From Tubiluchus corallicola (taxonomy: Eukaryota > Animalia > Priapulida), in the NCBI GenBank assembly GCA_030141605.1, contig JAQGDQ010000152.1, positions 248,001-312,000 on the forward strand: 64,000 nt of DNA, in the 5' to 3' direction. Shown here piece after piece: positions 63,357 through 64,000 of the stretch. Under the pieces are notes generated by a model. The model worked only from the letters and a program-made list of their open reading frames with translations, did not search any database and was not told the origin of the DNA. A program made the translations under genes and the position numbers. How positions within the stretch are numbered: the first letter of the stretch is position 1; each line of letters begins with the position of its first letter.

Positions 63357-64000
63357 CCATATATACTTATGTACAAGTCGACCTTAGTCGATGTGCATTT
63401 TAAGACCAAAAATTGCATCATTTTATATATTACCTGTGTGCAAGTCAACTATAAACTATTAAGATCTTCCAGAGTAAATGATGTGGTTCATCACCTTCCC
63501 ATTTGAAGAAAATAATAATTTACTAAAATTAATACCTCTGCATAGTTGTGTTTTATATACGCGTGTATGCTGGTAATCGATATTTTGCCAGTAAAACACG
63601 CATATATAAGGCCAGTGTAAAAGTTACCATGGAAGCCGACAGGTGGCAGCACCTGCACAACATTGGCGATTTCCATGTTCTGATCGAGTGCTCCGTCGTT
63701 AATTTATTTACCGGTAATATATAAATTTTAACTTAATTTCACATAAATTAAAATAAATTACAGTAATAGTTGTTAATTTTGTGAAGTAATGTCAAGATGC
63801 GAACATTCTCTGATGTGAAGTATCACAGTATGAGTTTTTATTCAGTCCAGTTTATAATGAAGGATTGTTTCTTTACATATTTTCGTATTGTAGACGGCTT
63901 TTTAGCGACATCTCCCAAAAGTATATCTTAAGTATGAGTCGACCCCAAAAATTTCACCTTAAAATCGCCTCCCAAAAATTCGACTTGTACATAAGTATAT
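63357..64000. mobile_element. Tc1/mariner-type MITE whose right TIR is cut by the window end
   Basis: atatacttatgtacaagtcga at 63361 is the reverse complement of tcgacttgtacataagtatat at the window end. Confidence 0.85.

Overview
AT-rich animal genomic DNA, most likely from an invertebrate, with spliceosomal introns, many microsatellites, MITEs and LINE remnants. I could build five protein-coding genes by hand. (1) An MGME1 gene with an intronless CDS (minus). (2) A 3-exon mGluR-like class C GPCR (plus, 876 aa) lacking the two basic glutamate-selectivity residues. (3) A 12-exon compact CPED1-like gene (type II anchor + cadherin-like sandwich + PC-esterase/SGNH domain, minus, about 548 aa) that is mostly invisible in the ORF track. 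(4) A 2-exon Golgi carbohydrate sulfotransferase (minus, 366 aa). (5) The 3' six exons of MTO1/GidA (minus), including one GC-AG intron. The most unusual non-genic signals are a 350-bp solo-LTR-like element dominated by a ~200-nt rod-like hairpin, a perfect 63-bp inverted duplication bracketing the convergent 3' ends of two genes, a perfect 70-bp-arm palindrome, a 45-bp minisatellite that reads as a Cys/Thr-rich 15-aa repeat ORF, and a decayed envelope-like membrane-protein remnant. All gene models and family calls come from reading and remembered motifs; no database searches were run.
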